Positions 14,035 to 26,864 of a stretch of DNA of 64,000 nt are shown piece by piece. A program made the translations under genes and the position numbers. The stretch's first letter is position 1. Each line of letters starts with the position of its first letter. The stretch is taken from contig OX597831.1 of NCBI GenBank assembly GCA_951406725.2, positions 35,030,001 through 35,094,000 on the forward strand, written 5' to 3'. Below the pieces are notes generated by a model. That model saw nothing but the letters and a program-made list of their open reading frames with translations, made no database searches and was not told the origin of the DNA. Origin of the DNA: Octopus vulgaris (Eukaryota).

Positions 14035-14425
14035 ATGGCACTCTATCAGTTGAGAACCCAAAAATCTAAATATGCATGACACTCCATTGGTTGTGACAAC
14101 AAGGGAACAGCCTGCTTGTGAAATTAATGTGCAAGTGGCTGAGCACTCCACAGACACGGGTATCCTTAATGTAGTTCTCAGAGGGATTCAGTGTGACACG
14201 GTTGGCCCTTTGAAATACAGGTACAACAGAAACCAGGAAGAAAGAGTGAGAGAAAGTTGTGGTGAAAGTGTACAGCAGGGTTTGCCACCACCCACTGCTG
14301 GCACTTCATGGAGCTTTTAGGTGTTTTCACTCAATAAACACTCACAACAGCCGGTCTGGAAATCAAAACACGATCCTACGACCACGAGTCCACTGCCCTA
14401 ACCACTGAGCCATTGTGCTTCCACA
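14035..14425 (-). mobile_element. tRNA-derived SINE, third family
   Basis: Head GGAAGCACAATGGCTCAGTGGTTAGGGCAGTGGACTC with A box and a degenerate B box. Confidence 0.6.
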
Positions 14426-15338
14426 AACCTAAGTATATAATGCTAGAAAATGAACTCATGCCAGGAACACCCTCTGAATGATGAAAACTTAATAGAGACA
14501 TAGAACAAACTGCTAGACTGACAATACATGTGTTCACTAAAAAAAGATATCAAATGTTTGGTTTATTGGACAGACTGTTACATTAAAAAGACTTGTGTTC
14601 ATATTTTCAACCACTAAACATTTGGTTCACAATATTACATGTTAGGTTAGGCGAGGTGTTCATGCTTGTATTTTTAATGAATCTAAACTGAGCAAATTTT
14701 ATGCTATTTAACTCTTTGCCTGCCTTGTGTGTTACATGTGATATGTGTCACATGTAATAACAGCACATACATCCCTGGCATCCATGCATCATATATAATA
14801 CATATTCCTGATTATGTTTCAGCTATCAGTATAACTTGTCACTTATGAAAGGAAAGCTTTCTATTGCTTAGAACATTTGAAACCAGGGCTAACTAAAAGT
14901 CTGAAAACAAGCACGGCTGTTTAATCCTGAAGTATTCATATTACTCTGTCTAATGTAATGTTTCTCCATTCATATCGTTTTGAATTAATCATGCATTAAG
15001 TTGCAGCTTTGAGATTTCAATGATGTGATTGTTTATGATTTGAATGACATTGTAGAGTCTGTGTGAGAGGCCTGATATAACCAGTTTGAGTATAAAACAG
15101 GTAAAACATTCTGGGACAGATATGACTAGTTTAAATGATAAAGAGTTAAGGCAAGCTTATGAAAATTCTTTTAGTGGGAAAAAATTAAAATTAAAATTAA
15201 AATTTTTTTTCGCCTTAGCAATACAGAAATACTACAAAGACAATTTAGAGTGCTGCTAACTGGAAGAAAGACAAAAGCTGTTACAAGACAAAGGAAAATA
15301 AATGACTGGGAAAATCAAAAGATAGAGCCATTGCTAAC

Positions 15339-15554
15339 CTGTGGCGAACTATGGTGATTTTCAGCATGGAATAATTTCTTTGTTTGTTTTGGGTTAGTTG
15401 TAATATCAGATTGCAGGTCTTTAGTAGTCTTCATTTTGGTTCCCATTACTGCAACAAGACTGAGGGGAGTGTATTCCGTAGAATAAACTGTCTTGTTTAA
15501 TCTTTGTAATCCTGGCTGGAAATGCCACTTTCTCTGAATGCTGGGAGAATTCAT
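15339..15554 (-). CDS. Coding exon (MNSPSIQRKWHFQPGLQRLNKTVYSTEYTP...HHSSPQ), uncharacterised protein
   Basis: 72 open codons ending at CAG|GTTAGC, phase 0. Acceptor at 15587; an in-frame TAA sits directly before the ATG. Confidence 0.55.
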
Positions 15555-16113
15555 TTATGCTAAAATATTATTTTGAAAATCTCTCTTCTTGAAAGTAAGC
15601 AGAAAAAAAAAAATAAATAAATAAGCTGTAAGTAGGTTGGCTAACAATGCCCAAATCCAGAATATTTGCTTGATGATTCATCTAATTGCGTTATTTCTCC
15701 TTATTTTGATTTTTAGAAATAATCTGATATGTAAGATTTCAGAATTAAAAACTGATTGAAAAGTGTCATTTAGGTGACGCCAATGAATATACGGTAAGTA
15801 AAAAGTAAATTGGTACTATTTGCAGACAATGAAAATCAATATTAATGGTGGAGACAAAAGTACTAGAATTTTCTTGTTATCACAAGAAACAATGTAATTC
15901 AGTACATTTACCTCAGTAGACAAGGCAGGAGAAATATTTCTCTGAAGGGGTCGGTAGATATTTTCTTTCAAAGTAGGCTCTCATTGACTATCACCAAGGC
16001 AGTGAGATATGAGAATGGTAAAAACTCAAATGAAAAACTGACATCATGAAAAGCAGGATTAGTCAAAAGATTAGAAAGATTTCTAAATATTATCTGCAAA
16101 ACAAGTTTTGCTT

Positions 16114-16223
16114 TTACTTTTCTTTTTTGATTTTATTTATTTTTCTTTTTTTGTAAATATGACTGTTTTGAATTTGAGTAGGTGACTTCATAGTTTTGCA
16201 ATCGGTAATCCTGCTTGACAACA
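16114..16223 (-). CDS. Putative last coding exon of upstream exon set (..LSSRITDCKTMKSPTQIQNSHIYKKRKINKIKKEK*)
   Basis: Acceptor ttttcattcatttgctctatAG; phase 1 matches exon 22511-22661; TAA at 16114-16116. Confidence 0.5.
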
Positions 16224-16340
16224 CTATAGAGCAAATGAATGAAAATGAACTCAGACCACAAGGTGAGGTGGGATTAGAAGATACAGAACAATTCTCTGAG
16301 TGTATGTGTGTGTGTATATATATCCATGAGTGTGTCTATG

Positions 16341-16385
<45 letters not shown>

Positions 16386-16534
16386 TTTAAAAAATGTATA
16401 CAATATTGTTTCCTTTTATTTAAATGTACCCCAGTTCATCAGTACATTATGTTCTTACCTACACACATATGCACAATACTTACCTGTGTACACATACATA
16501 TATACATGCGTGTGTGTGTGTGTGTGTGTGTGTG

Positions 16535-16706
16535 TAACATAGGAGAGAAAGAAAATAGAATTCACAAGATTCTTTTTTAATTCCTGATCGTTTCAAGCCA
16601 TCGTGAATCGGTCTGTCGCAGGGGACCAATGCACGATGCATCAAAACAATTGTAATGTTTAATAAAGAATCTTGTGAATTCTGTTTTCTCTTTGTCTCAT
16701 ATGTTA
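16535..16706. repeat. Fold-back remnant with HHR 3'-half motif
   Basis: Arms 16535-16575 / 16664-16706; internal AAAAC-AATT-GTA resembles GAAAC-NNNN-GTA. Confidence 0.55.
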
Positions 16707-16823
16707 TATACACAACAGACACAAAGGAATTCCTGGAGTAAATCCAGTGGCACCTATATCCAAACTATTGATGACATCAGATAACTGAAGACAGTGGACA
16801 TCCTTTAAACAGCATACTACCAG

Positions 16824-16858
<35 letters not shown>

Positions 16859-16904
16859 CCAAACTATCATTATCTAATTCTATGTTTGCTTATATATATA
16901 TATA

Positions 16905-17105
16905 TAAAATACAAAATGGGACAAGAACGCAAAACATCCAGACAGTTAGGTGATATAAAAAGGGGACAACAAAACATCCAGATAGATGATACAAAGAAAA
17001 CAAGGACGGGTCATTAGGAGTTTTCTTTCTTCAGTCGAGTTCCAGATTATCTTTGCAATTTCGGCTGGTTATACTTGAGATTGCTCCAATCTGGCCAGCC
17101 CCAAG
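16905..17105 (-). mobile_element. Unclassified retroposon fragment
   Basis: Homologous copy in the opposite orientation at about 27400-27625. Confidence 0.6.
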
Positions 17106-17257
17106 CTAACATGGCAGTCCAGGAAAATAGAACAAAAGCTGCCATTGATTAGCTCCAAGAGGCCATCGCCTTTAGCTAGCTATGTGACACACAAACCTGT
17201 GTCCATTATAACCTTCAAACAAGGGAGGTCAGCAGCTTCCCCTTACTGGTTCAACAT

Positions 17258-17298
17258 CCACAGACTAGTTTCGGGGTGATTGCCCCTTCTCAATGTGG
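17258..17298 (-). ncRNA. Minimal type I hammerhead ribozyme, U3-A8 covariant
   Basis: CCACA-TTGAGAA-GGGG-caatca-CCCC-GAAA-C-TA-G-TC-TGTGG, with perfect stems I and II and a GUC triplet. Confidence 0.8.
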
Positions 17299-17789
17299 AG
17301 TAGCTGAACCCAGCAGGCATTGCTGCTGACCATCTGTTCGAAGGTTTCTTTACCTATTTTCAGTGGAACACATCCACTGGTTTTAAGAAGAAGAAGAAGA
17401 ATTCCCTGATGCAGTACCAGGTAGTGGCTATCATGACCTCTGATTTTAACTGATTGGAAATGTTATCATGTACATTGTTTTGTCTTCATATAAAAGATGG
17501 GCTACAGCAAATATTCTGCTCAATACCACAGATTTGCTTGTCAGTTGTTTGACCTTAACCAGTTGAGCATGTCTCTTAGTGGCTGACGATATGTGCATCT
17601 CTAATCTTTTTAAAGAAACTCACAATTACAACAGATGTTCATTCTCTTTGATTTCCAATACTTTATGTTGTGATATGTGTTCTTCCATTGCATACTTTGT
17701 CTTGATGGGAAAAGTATATATTTCTTTGGTTTTGCATTTTTTTCTTTCATCAGGGAAAGGGTGCTATGCACACTAAGATAATTATTGAT

Positions 17790-18870
17790 TTACAATCTTG
17801 ATAAGGAGAGTTTGTTTCAGAGGATTTAGTTGACTATTTCCTGGTGGTCAAGGTATCTCGGGAGGTATGTCTATAACGAACACAACATTTTGGAGCGATA
17901 GCATCGATGTTATACCTTGTGATCTGTTGTATGACATGTGCTCATCATTCTTGGTGACCGGGCAGCTGCTGGCTTCTTCTGCAGCTGCCCGGTCACCTAC
18001 CCTATTTTGCAATTCAGCTCAAGTGAGATCTTGCTTGATAGTCACCTTCAAGACAGAATGCACCATTTCTCTACAATTAAGAAATGGTGAGTAGGGAGGT
18101 AAGAGTTTCAGACTAACCCATGGGTCAGTGTCAGCTGGGAGCTTGGCACGAACATGTAGTAGATCAAGCAGATAGATTCATCCATTGGGACATTCCGGCA
18201 CATGCTCAAACAGTTTCTGCCAAGAACTCCTCAAAAGAGTTTTATGTAACATTATCGTTCGCAATGGAGTGGTGAACCAGGCTGATTTCTCCCGACACTG
18301 TGAAAGTGATGTATCAGTTTTTCCCATGCTGACAGTTGAAAACTAGGCAAACAGGAACACCTCAAGGTGCTTATCCAAAAGACTGGCTGGTCCAAATGTT
18401 GTACTAACATTCATCAATGAATATGCAATGGCCAACGACTTCCTCTTCCATGAACCAATGCTTTTCCAGACTTCTTGGAGTGTTTCTTGTTGTAATCTGA
18501 GGCGTCTTCGACCAACTTCATAGTTATCAACATCTCATCTAGAGCTCGTGAGATTGCAGACACAGAAACAGGTGACTTTCCATGCTTTGCTGCCTTTAAG
18601 TCCCTCTTCCTCTTTTGAAGGATTGCAAGTGGGTTGGTATCAATAATCACCTGAAGCCTGGCTCGCATTTCCTTACCAAGCTTAACTTTTCTGGGTAACT
18701 TGTGGCGCCTCCCAGACAGTAGGTAGGTCACTACTGTGGATCAAGCAGTACTCCTTTGAATGCCAAGTGTGTCTGCCAATTGCAGGTAATTGGTTTGATG
18801 CCACTCAAAGGTGGCAACCAGCCTTGCCCTATCTTCATTCAATATATGCATGTACCTTACACGTGGCTCC
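17790..18870 (-). pseudogene. Degraded IS630/Tc1-like DDE transposase
   Basis: HTH-like LADTLGIQRST; CIFIDE and LLPPYSPFLN motifs; multiple stops and frameshifts. Confidence 0.75.
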
Positions 18871-19619
18871 TTGATTACAACTTGATGTCAAAGAAAGGAA
18901 TATAGAATGCAACTGATAGCAATTGGTCACGAATGTTGCAATGAAAAAGACTTTTGTGAACAGAAGAATCGCATAATTTATTCCTTCTTTGTAGGTTTAA
19001 TAACGTAATAAAATTTGCATGACAAAACATGTCATTCAAATTTGTCATTTTTAACATCCACTTCTTAGAATGTGAGTAAAAATACAAATGTAAAATTAGT
19101 GCTAAATTGAATAAACTTATTCTGAACACAAATGCTCACATGTGAATTTTAATGCTCGAAAAAAATGCTTCCTCGCATTCCAACTAATTTGAATGCTCTC
19201 AACTGGCATTTCAATTTCAATGATGTAAATGTTAAATTCTTTGACCAAAGTGCAAAACTGAATGATTGAAAAGCGAAATTGAATGACTAATTTCATGGCG
19301 TTAATTTTTTTGCAGCTTTGAGTGACCCAATTATCAAACTGAATGACAAACATACAAAAACGACAGTAAAAACCTTTAATAATAATAATAATAATAATAA
19401 TTCTTTCTTCTTTAGGCACAAGTGGTACTTATTTTATCAACTTCTGAATAATAAAAATAATCATCATCCTCATCATTTAATATCCATTTTCCATGCTGGC
19501 ATTTTCCAAATCCACTCACAAGGCTTTTGTTGACTCAGGACTGTAGTAGAAGACACCTGCCCAAGGTGCTCTGCAGTGGGATTGAACCTGGAACCATATG
19601 GTTGGGAAGCAAACTTCTT

Positions 19620-22487
19620 TATTTCACATATAATTTGCCATTAAGGCATTTACAAAGAGGGGACAAACAAGGACAGAAAAACACAAAGGGTGAAGAAGCT
19701 TCTAACGATTAAAAATTACAAATGAAATAACGAATGAAATTACGAACAATGAATTATACAAAAAGAATTAACAAGTTTAAAATTTTTCATATAAATCATG
19801 TCGAAAGCAAGGCACCCAGCCATTTGGGTAGAATCTTTACTTTTCAACCTGGCCCCCACCTACCTGGTGCCACTCATACCCAGCTTACACACCACAGTCT
19901 CCCATCTTTCCACAAACATATCTCATGACAGATACCTCCTTCCCAGCCTGATCTTACTACTGAGGTGGAAACTAAAGAAGTTGACCAACCCCTGGACAGA
20001 GATGAAGGTGCCTGTCACTATACCTTTCATACGTGTCTTCCATACTGTTTCTTTCAGTATGGCTACTACGCAGAAAAAACAAGTCTTCTTTTCCCCGTTG
20101 AGGAAAAGAAGCGGCAGAATCTCGATGATAGACTCAGCTGATAGCTGTACTCTTCCTGATAACAGTTGTTTGGCAAAAGCTACTAGTCCCGATAACTCCA
20201 GACACTCCACGAATGTGTGCAAGATGGTTTTCTTATCTTACCCACATCTCAGGCATGTTGGCGAGACAGCACTTCCATACCTTGGCAGCTTATCATGAAC
20301 AGTTAACGCCAAACCAGACTCCTAGCAACTTAACAGAACGTTCCGTCCAATGTCCCACGACATTACTGGACGCCATCGGCTTGCCCCTCTAGGTACCGAG
20401 TTGCAAACCGACAGACTTGTCCTTGTTAACTTTTGCTCCAGTCACCGCTTCGTAAACTTTGATGGGCTCTTCCATGATGGGAAGTTGAGCCTCATCAGCC
20501 ATGATGATGGAGATGTCATCCACATACACTGTATTCCTCTTCCCCACCATAGATCATGCAGCACGTTCCCTAGTGCCTCCAACTTCTGCAGCAATGGTTC
20601 AAGAGCCAACACATACAAAAGCGGAGACAGAGGACACCTTGACGGACTGAATACTCAATCTCGAACAGCTTTGAAAGAAACCGTTCACTTTGACGACAGA
20701 AGGTTGGGCCCAGGCCAGCTTTTTTGAGGACTGCCACCAAGTACTGATGGTCAATCCTACCAAATACCTTAGACTGGTCTAAATGCACCAGTGCTCCCCC
20801 TGTGCCAGAAAGTTTCCTAACCCTTTCTAAGGCGTAACGTATAAGGTGGATTGTCGTGGATTGACCTGCCAAGGATAATGCAAGTCTGTGCTTCCCTGAC
20901 AAGTCAGTCCACGACCCTTGCCAACATTTTTGCTAGCACCTTGGCCAAAATCCTGTTTAAATGAGTTATGGGCCTAAAGTTACCTATCTCACCCCCCTTG
21001 CTCGGGTCCATTCTGATCAGTGCCACCATCCCCCGGCTTACAGACTCGGGAATTCTCCCATTCTGCTGCCAGTTGGCATAAACACTAGCCAGTAGGTGCC
21101 CGAACAAGTCTGGCATACTTTTATAAAATTCATAAAGTAGAACATCAAGACCTGGCGACTTCTCCCCGGGGCACTCGTCCAGCGCCTTGATTATCTCCTC
21201 GACTGTGATTGGCCCTTCATAGCACTCAGCCTCTCATGCCGAGAGACACGGGTCACCAGACTGGAAGTCCCTAAGGGCCTCACTATGATCCAGCACCCTC
21301 CCCCCCACCGGCTGAACAACTTGGCAAAGTGCTTGTAAAGCACCTCACACATCTCGTCCCGTCCTTCAACAAAACATCCATTTTCATTGATAAGATACCT
21401 AATTGTGGCATCGATGCCATGCTGGGTTTCTATCATACGGGCTGATCTGGCAACATTAATTCCCTCATGGCCCAATGCTTGCACTTTAGCCCGAACACTG
21501 CACCCCTCATGTGTGGCTTTGAGGTGACAGTCCAATGCTGTTCTCACTGCCAAAATGTGCAATGCAGAGCCCAACCTCAATGCCTCCTCTAAGTCCTTAA
21601 CTAATTGCCCTTCTATTCTAGCTCTATCTAGTCTTAGCTGCTTGCTAAACCTAATGGACTCAAATCGAGTGGCTCTTTTGAAGGTGAACCACCACTGGTT
21701 ATTAACCACAGTGCTAGTTGAAGCCCTCTGCACTAACTCCTTAATGCGGCTACGGTACGCCTCACAAGTCAAAATAGATTTGTTAAGCTTACAGTAGCCG
21801 GAAGTCTACACTTAACCATTCTATGGTCAGAGTAGAACATCTGAACAAGCTGAAGACAACTAAAGCTAGCCTTATCTTTTGCTCTTATAACTATCTTATC
21901 TAAGTAAGACTTGAACCTTTTGTCGTCATTAATCCAGGTCCACTTTGGGACATCTGGATGGTCAAGCCTATAACAATCTGCTAGCTGAAAATGCTTAAGC
22001 AAATTTATGAGATGTGAGTTCACTTTCCTCTCAGTCGAGCCAACACTTTTAATGCGTGCATCAACAATAGTGTTAAAGTCCCCTAAGACCACTAATGTCT
22101 TCAACATCACAAGAAAGTTCTCTAGGTGCCGATAAAAATCAGTTTGGAAACCTCTAGCACAAGGTGCATAGAGTCCGATCAGCCTGAAGGCCTTACGGCT
22201 GTATGTCACATCAATGACGACCAGCCCACCCTCAGGGTCCACGTAGATTGTACTTGTCTGCAGAGCCAAGCATTTACGGATCAGTACCACCACACCTCCT
22301 CGTGGCCAGGAGACATGATTTTCTCATAGCCATTCGAGAGAGGTGAGAAAGCCTGTAGACTGTCCAGCTTGGTCTCTGTAGCAACCATCACATGTATATC
22401 ATGTGATCTGGGGTCATCGAGGAAACAAGCCTGCTTCAAACTTCAGACCAGGTACATTCAAACAACCAAGGTTGAGGAAGGCCATTG
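19620..22487 (-). mobile_element. L1/Tx1-clade LINE ORF2 plus 3' UTR, degraded
   Basis: MAFLNLGCLNV start; APE endonuclease motifs (LGDFN, YLD, SDH); RT motifs (NFRPITHLN, LDQSKVFGRIDH, SVRQG); C-terminal C-x2-C..H..C. Confidence 0.85.
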
Positions 22488-22510
22488 TGAAAAGTAAAGG
22501 TTCTACTTAC

Positions 22511-22661
22511 TTTTCATTGGAGAAGTTGGGGCCGACTTCACCACACATGAATCAGCCCCTTCCTTTTCTTCTTTCTTCAAATAATTAGGTAAATTGATGA
22601 TTTTCCAGACTTCTTGAATTCTTTTATATATTTCCTCATTTTTTTTTACAGTATTTCTTAT
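22511..22661 (-). CDS. Internal exon, 151 bp (IRNTVKKNEEIYKRIQEVWKIINLPNYLKKEEKEGADSCVVKSAPTSPMK)
   Basis: Open in phase 0 following exon 23023-23292; donor GTAAGT; the acceptor is weak. Confidence 0.6.
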
Positions 22662-22707
22662 CTATGTGCTTCAACTATTATTATCACTTTTATTATCATT
22701 ATTATTA

Positions 22708-22930
22708 AGGCAGTGGGCTGGGCAAATTACCGCTAAGTATTTCACTGGATGAAATGCTTAGTGGTATTTCACCTGTCACTACATCATGAGTTCAAATACC
22801 ACCAAGGTCAACTTTGCCTTTCATCCTTTCGAGGTCAATAAAATAAGTACCAGTTGAATACTGGGGTCAATGTAATTGACTCAAACCCTACCCCCACCAA
22901 ATTGCTGCCCTTGAAGCAAAATTTGAAACC
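22708..22930 (+). mobile_element. tRNA-derived SINE family 2 (Meta-domain-like core)
   Basis: GCCTTTCATCCTTTCGAGGTCAATAAAATAAGTACCAG core and (TTA)n tail. Other copies at 24245-24460, 26540-26750, 27065-27245, 38050-38160, 48390-48780 and 57375-57570. Confidence 0.75.
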
Positions 22931-22938
22931 ATTATTAC

Positions 22939-22984
<46 letters not shown>

Positions 22985-23022
22985 TTTATTTTTATTCAAT
23001 ATTTTTTTTCTTGAGTTCTCAC

Positions 23023-23292
23023 CTTGTGAAGTGGGATCCAACGTTTCAAATGCGGAATCCATATCAACTTTGGTTTGAATTTTATTCCATCATTTTGTGT
23101 CCAATATTTTGGTTTAGGTTCACATCTGAAATTGTGTTGGGCGTGATGTGATCCCCCAGTCTTGCTACAACTTCTCCAATAGTGACATTTTCTTTGAGCA
23201 TGAGGAATCACTGGTCTATCATTCCATTTATCATTTATATAGTATGGACCTTTAATAAAAGGTTCCAAACACCCAGTCGCCATGTTGAAAGC
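23023..23292 (-). CDS. Coding exon, 270 bp, phase 0 (AFNMATGCLEPFIKGPYYINDKWNDRP...KRWIPLHK), uncharacterised basic protein
   Basis: Acceptor ttgttctatttctAG, donor AAG|GTGAGA, 90 open codons in AT-rich unique DNA. Confidence 0.75.
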
Positions 23293-23379
23293 CTAGAAAT
23301 AGAACAATTATATTGGTTTCAGTTGAAATTTATTGCTATTTTGTAAACTGTTATCATCTATCGATTTTTGTATATATAT

Positions 23380-23800
23380 ATCATCATCATCATCATCATC
23401 ATTTAGCGTCCGTTTTCCATGCTAGCATGGGTTGGACGGTTCAACTGGGGTCTGTGAAGCCAGAAGGCTGCATCAGGCCTAGTCTGATCTGGCAGTGTTT
23501 CTATGGCTGGATGCCCTTCCTAACGCCAACCACTCCACGAGTGTAGTGGGTGCTTTTTACGTGCCACCCGCACAGGTGCCAGACGGAGCTGGCAAACAGC
23601 CACAAACGGATGGTGCTTTTACGTGCCACTGGCACGGGGGCCAGGCGAGGCTGGCAATGGACACGAACGGATGGTGCTTTTACATGCCACCGGCACGGGG
23701 GCCAGGCGAGGCTGGCAATGGCCATGAACGGATGGTGCTTTTTACGTGCCACCGGCACGGGGGCCAGGTGAGACTGGTAACGGCCACAAACAGATGGTGC
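23380..23800 (-). mobile_element. RTE LINE 3' end with ~61-bp tandem array
   Basis: About 4 units of GGTGCTTTTACGTGCCACCGGCACGGGGGCCAGGCGAGGCTGG next to the family tail. Confidence 0.75.
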
Positions 23801-23803
23801 TTT

Positions 23804-23836
<33 letters not shown>

Positions 23837-24529
23837 AAGAACGGAGAATGTGTGTGTCTGTATGAGTACATCACTTCACTAAAACTTGAAAACTACCTAA
23901 CTGATTTCATTCAAATTTTATACTTGCATTACTTAGGTTTCATGGAGTGTCATGGGCCAAAAGAATTTCCAACTTCTCACCTAATGTGAGCCCAGAGCAA
24001 TCTTATCTCTTACACTGTTGACCAGAAGAAAATTCTAACTGGGCCCCACCTGCAAAGTCATGCGCTGTTTATCTTGATATGAGGTCACCACGTCACGCAC
24101 ATATGGTTGTGATGCATGTGCCTGGTGTACCCTTATCAGACAGGTAGTCATGATGGGTATACTGGGCTTCGTATATTTTACCCCAGTGTCACTTTGATGG
24201 CATGCACTGCTCTCTCACTCAATAATAATAATAATAATAATAATGGTTTCAAATTTTGCTACTAGGGTAGCAATTTTGGTGGGGAGGGGATGAATCAATT
24301 ACATTGACCCCAGTGTTCAACTGGCACTTATTTTATCAACCCCAAATGGATGAAAGGCAAAGCTAACCTCAGTGGGATTTGAACTTTGAACGTAAAGATA
24401 GGCAAAATACCACTCAGCATTTCGTCCTTTGCTAACGGTTCTGCCGGATTGCTGACTTAATAATAATAATAATAATGATGATGATGATGATGATGATGAC
24501 AATAATAATGATAACAACAACAACAACAA

Positions 24530-25250
24530 TAATAATGAAGGATATAAGTATTTAGGAATGTTGCATGTGAATAAGGTTATTGAAGGAGGAATGAAAGAGA
24601 ATGTCTCCAAAGAGTACAAGTGAAGGATTAGGAAGGTGCTTAGAAACAAAATTAAATTAATGGAATGTTATCAAGACAATCAATATGTGGGCCACACCAA
24701 AGTTGAGATGCTCTACTCGTATTCTAAAAGGGACAAAGACAGAGCTGCAGGAATTAGAGGAAAAAAAACTAGAAATTTGCTCACAATGCACACTGTGTAT
24801 CACCCTAAAAATAATATTTACTTACCAAGGCGGGAAGGAGGCAGGGGTTCTATTTTTAAATGCAGAAGATACCAGTAGGGCTGCGATATTGGGGTTGAAT
24901 AAGGCGGCAAGCTGGCAGAGTCGTTAGCACGCTGGGCGAAATGCTTAGCGGTATTTCGTCTGCCGTTGCGTTGTGAGTTCAAATTCCGCCGAGGTCAACT
25001 TTGCCTTTCATCCTTTCGGGGTCGATTAAATAAGTACCAGTTACGCACTGGGGTCAATATAATCGACTTAATCCGTTTGTCTGTCCTTGTTTGTCCCCTC
25101 TGTGTTTAGCCCCTTGTGGGTAGTAAAGAAATAGATATTGGGGTTGAAAAACTATACTGTATGCAATGAAGTATGGATACAATCTGCAACCAGAAATGTC
25201 CAAAAAGTCTCAAAAGTAAATCAAGAACAGATGGGAGCATGACAGAACAA
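24530..25250 (+). mobile_element. R4/Dong-clade LINE fragment, interrupted by a SINE
   Basis: YKYLG...KEYK*RIRKVL...LLTMHTVYHPK...YLPRREGGRG; embedded in (AAT)n/(GAT)n. Confidence 0.7.
24900..25133 (+). mobile_element. Young SINE family 2 copy with 15-bp TSD
   Basis: GATATTGGGGTTGAA at 24885-24899 and 25134-25148; CpG-rich; A and B boxes present. Confidence 0.9.
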
Positions 25251-25297
25251 ATGATGATGATGATGATGATGATTTCTTAAAATTATATTATACTTAC

Positions 25298-25436
25298 TTT
25301 GAATGTTGAAAGTTTATTTGACCCTTCATGACATGAGATAGAATCTCTGAGTACCCTATTTCTACTTGACAGGTATAAATAGCCGAAATCCATTTGGGTT
25401 GTCTGAGAGCAGCAGAAAGTCTGTCCTGTTGCAAGA
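25298..25436 (-). CDS. Exon, 139 bp (5' UTR or coding ..MDFGYLYLSSRNRVLRDSISCHEGSNKLSTFK)
   Basis: Strong acceptor ttgtttcctgcttacAG and donor GTAAGT; one open frame ends in phase 0, in frame with 23023-23292. Confidence 0.65.
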
Positions 25437-25877
25437 CTGTAAGCAGGAAACAATTGGAAGTGTGAAAACACACACTGCATACATTAATATATGGACACAG
25501 ATATAAATACAAACACACACACTCTCACTCACATACACATATGCACACATAAACACAGATATCACTCATACATACACAATAAGTACTATGGAATAGTTTT
25601 TACCAAATATAGCAAACAACATAATAAAGTTTAATGGTAATTGTGATTATGATAATGATGATGATGATGAGTTTTTTTATTACAGAATGGTATATTATGA
25701 GGACAAATTACAAAATATAAAAAATATATAAATAAACAAATAAACCACTGCTGGACTTGGGTGGTGGTTTGGAAACCAAGAAATGAAAATCACAAATAAA
25801 CAAATAAATTGTTTGTTACATTGATAAAAGCCATAAATTTTATACACAGAGAGGTCTACTATAAGATAGTGCTGAGG

Positions 25878-26535
<658 letters not shown>

Positions 26536-26772
26536 TCCTTTATACTATAAGCACCACGCCTGAAATTTTGGGGGAGGGGACTGGTCGATTACATCAACCC
26601 CAATGTTTTACTGGCACTTATTTTATTGACACTGGAAGGATGAAAGGCAAAGCTGACCTTGGCAGAATTTGAACTCGGAAAATAAGGATGAATGAAATGC
26701 TATTAAGCATTTTGCCCAATGTGCTAATGATTCTGCCAGCTCACTGTCTTTATTATAATAATAATAATGATG

Positions 26773-26809
<37 letters not shown>

Positions 26810-26864
26810 TAATAATAACAACAACAATAATAACAATAGTAATAACAACAACAACAACAATAAT

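Noticed and set aside
16182-16262. Plus-strand 81-bp AG-GT exon candidate
   Set aside because: Overlaps the better-supported minus-strand exon; no partner exons found.
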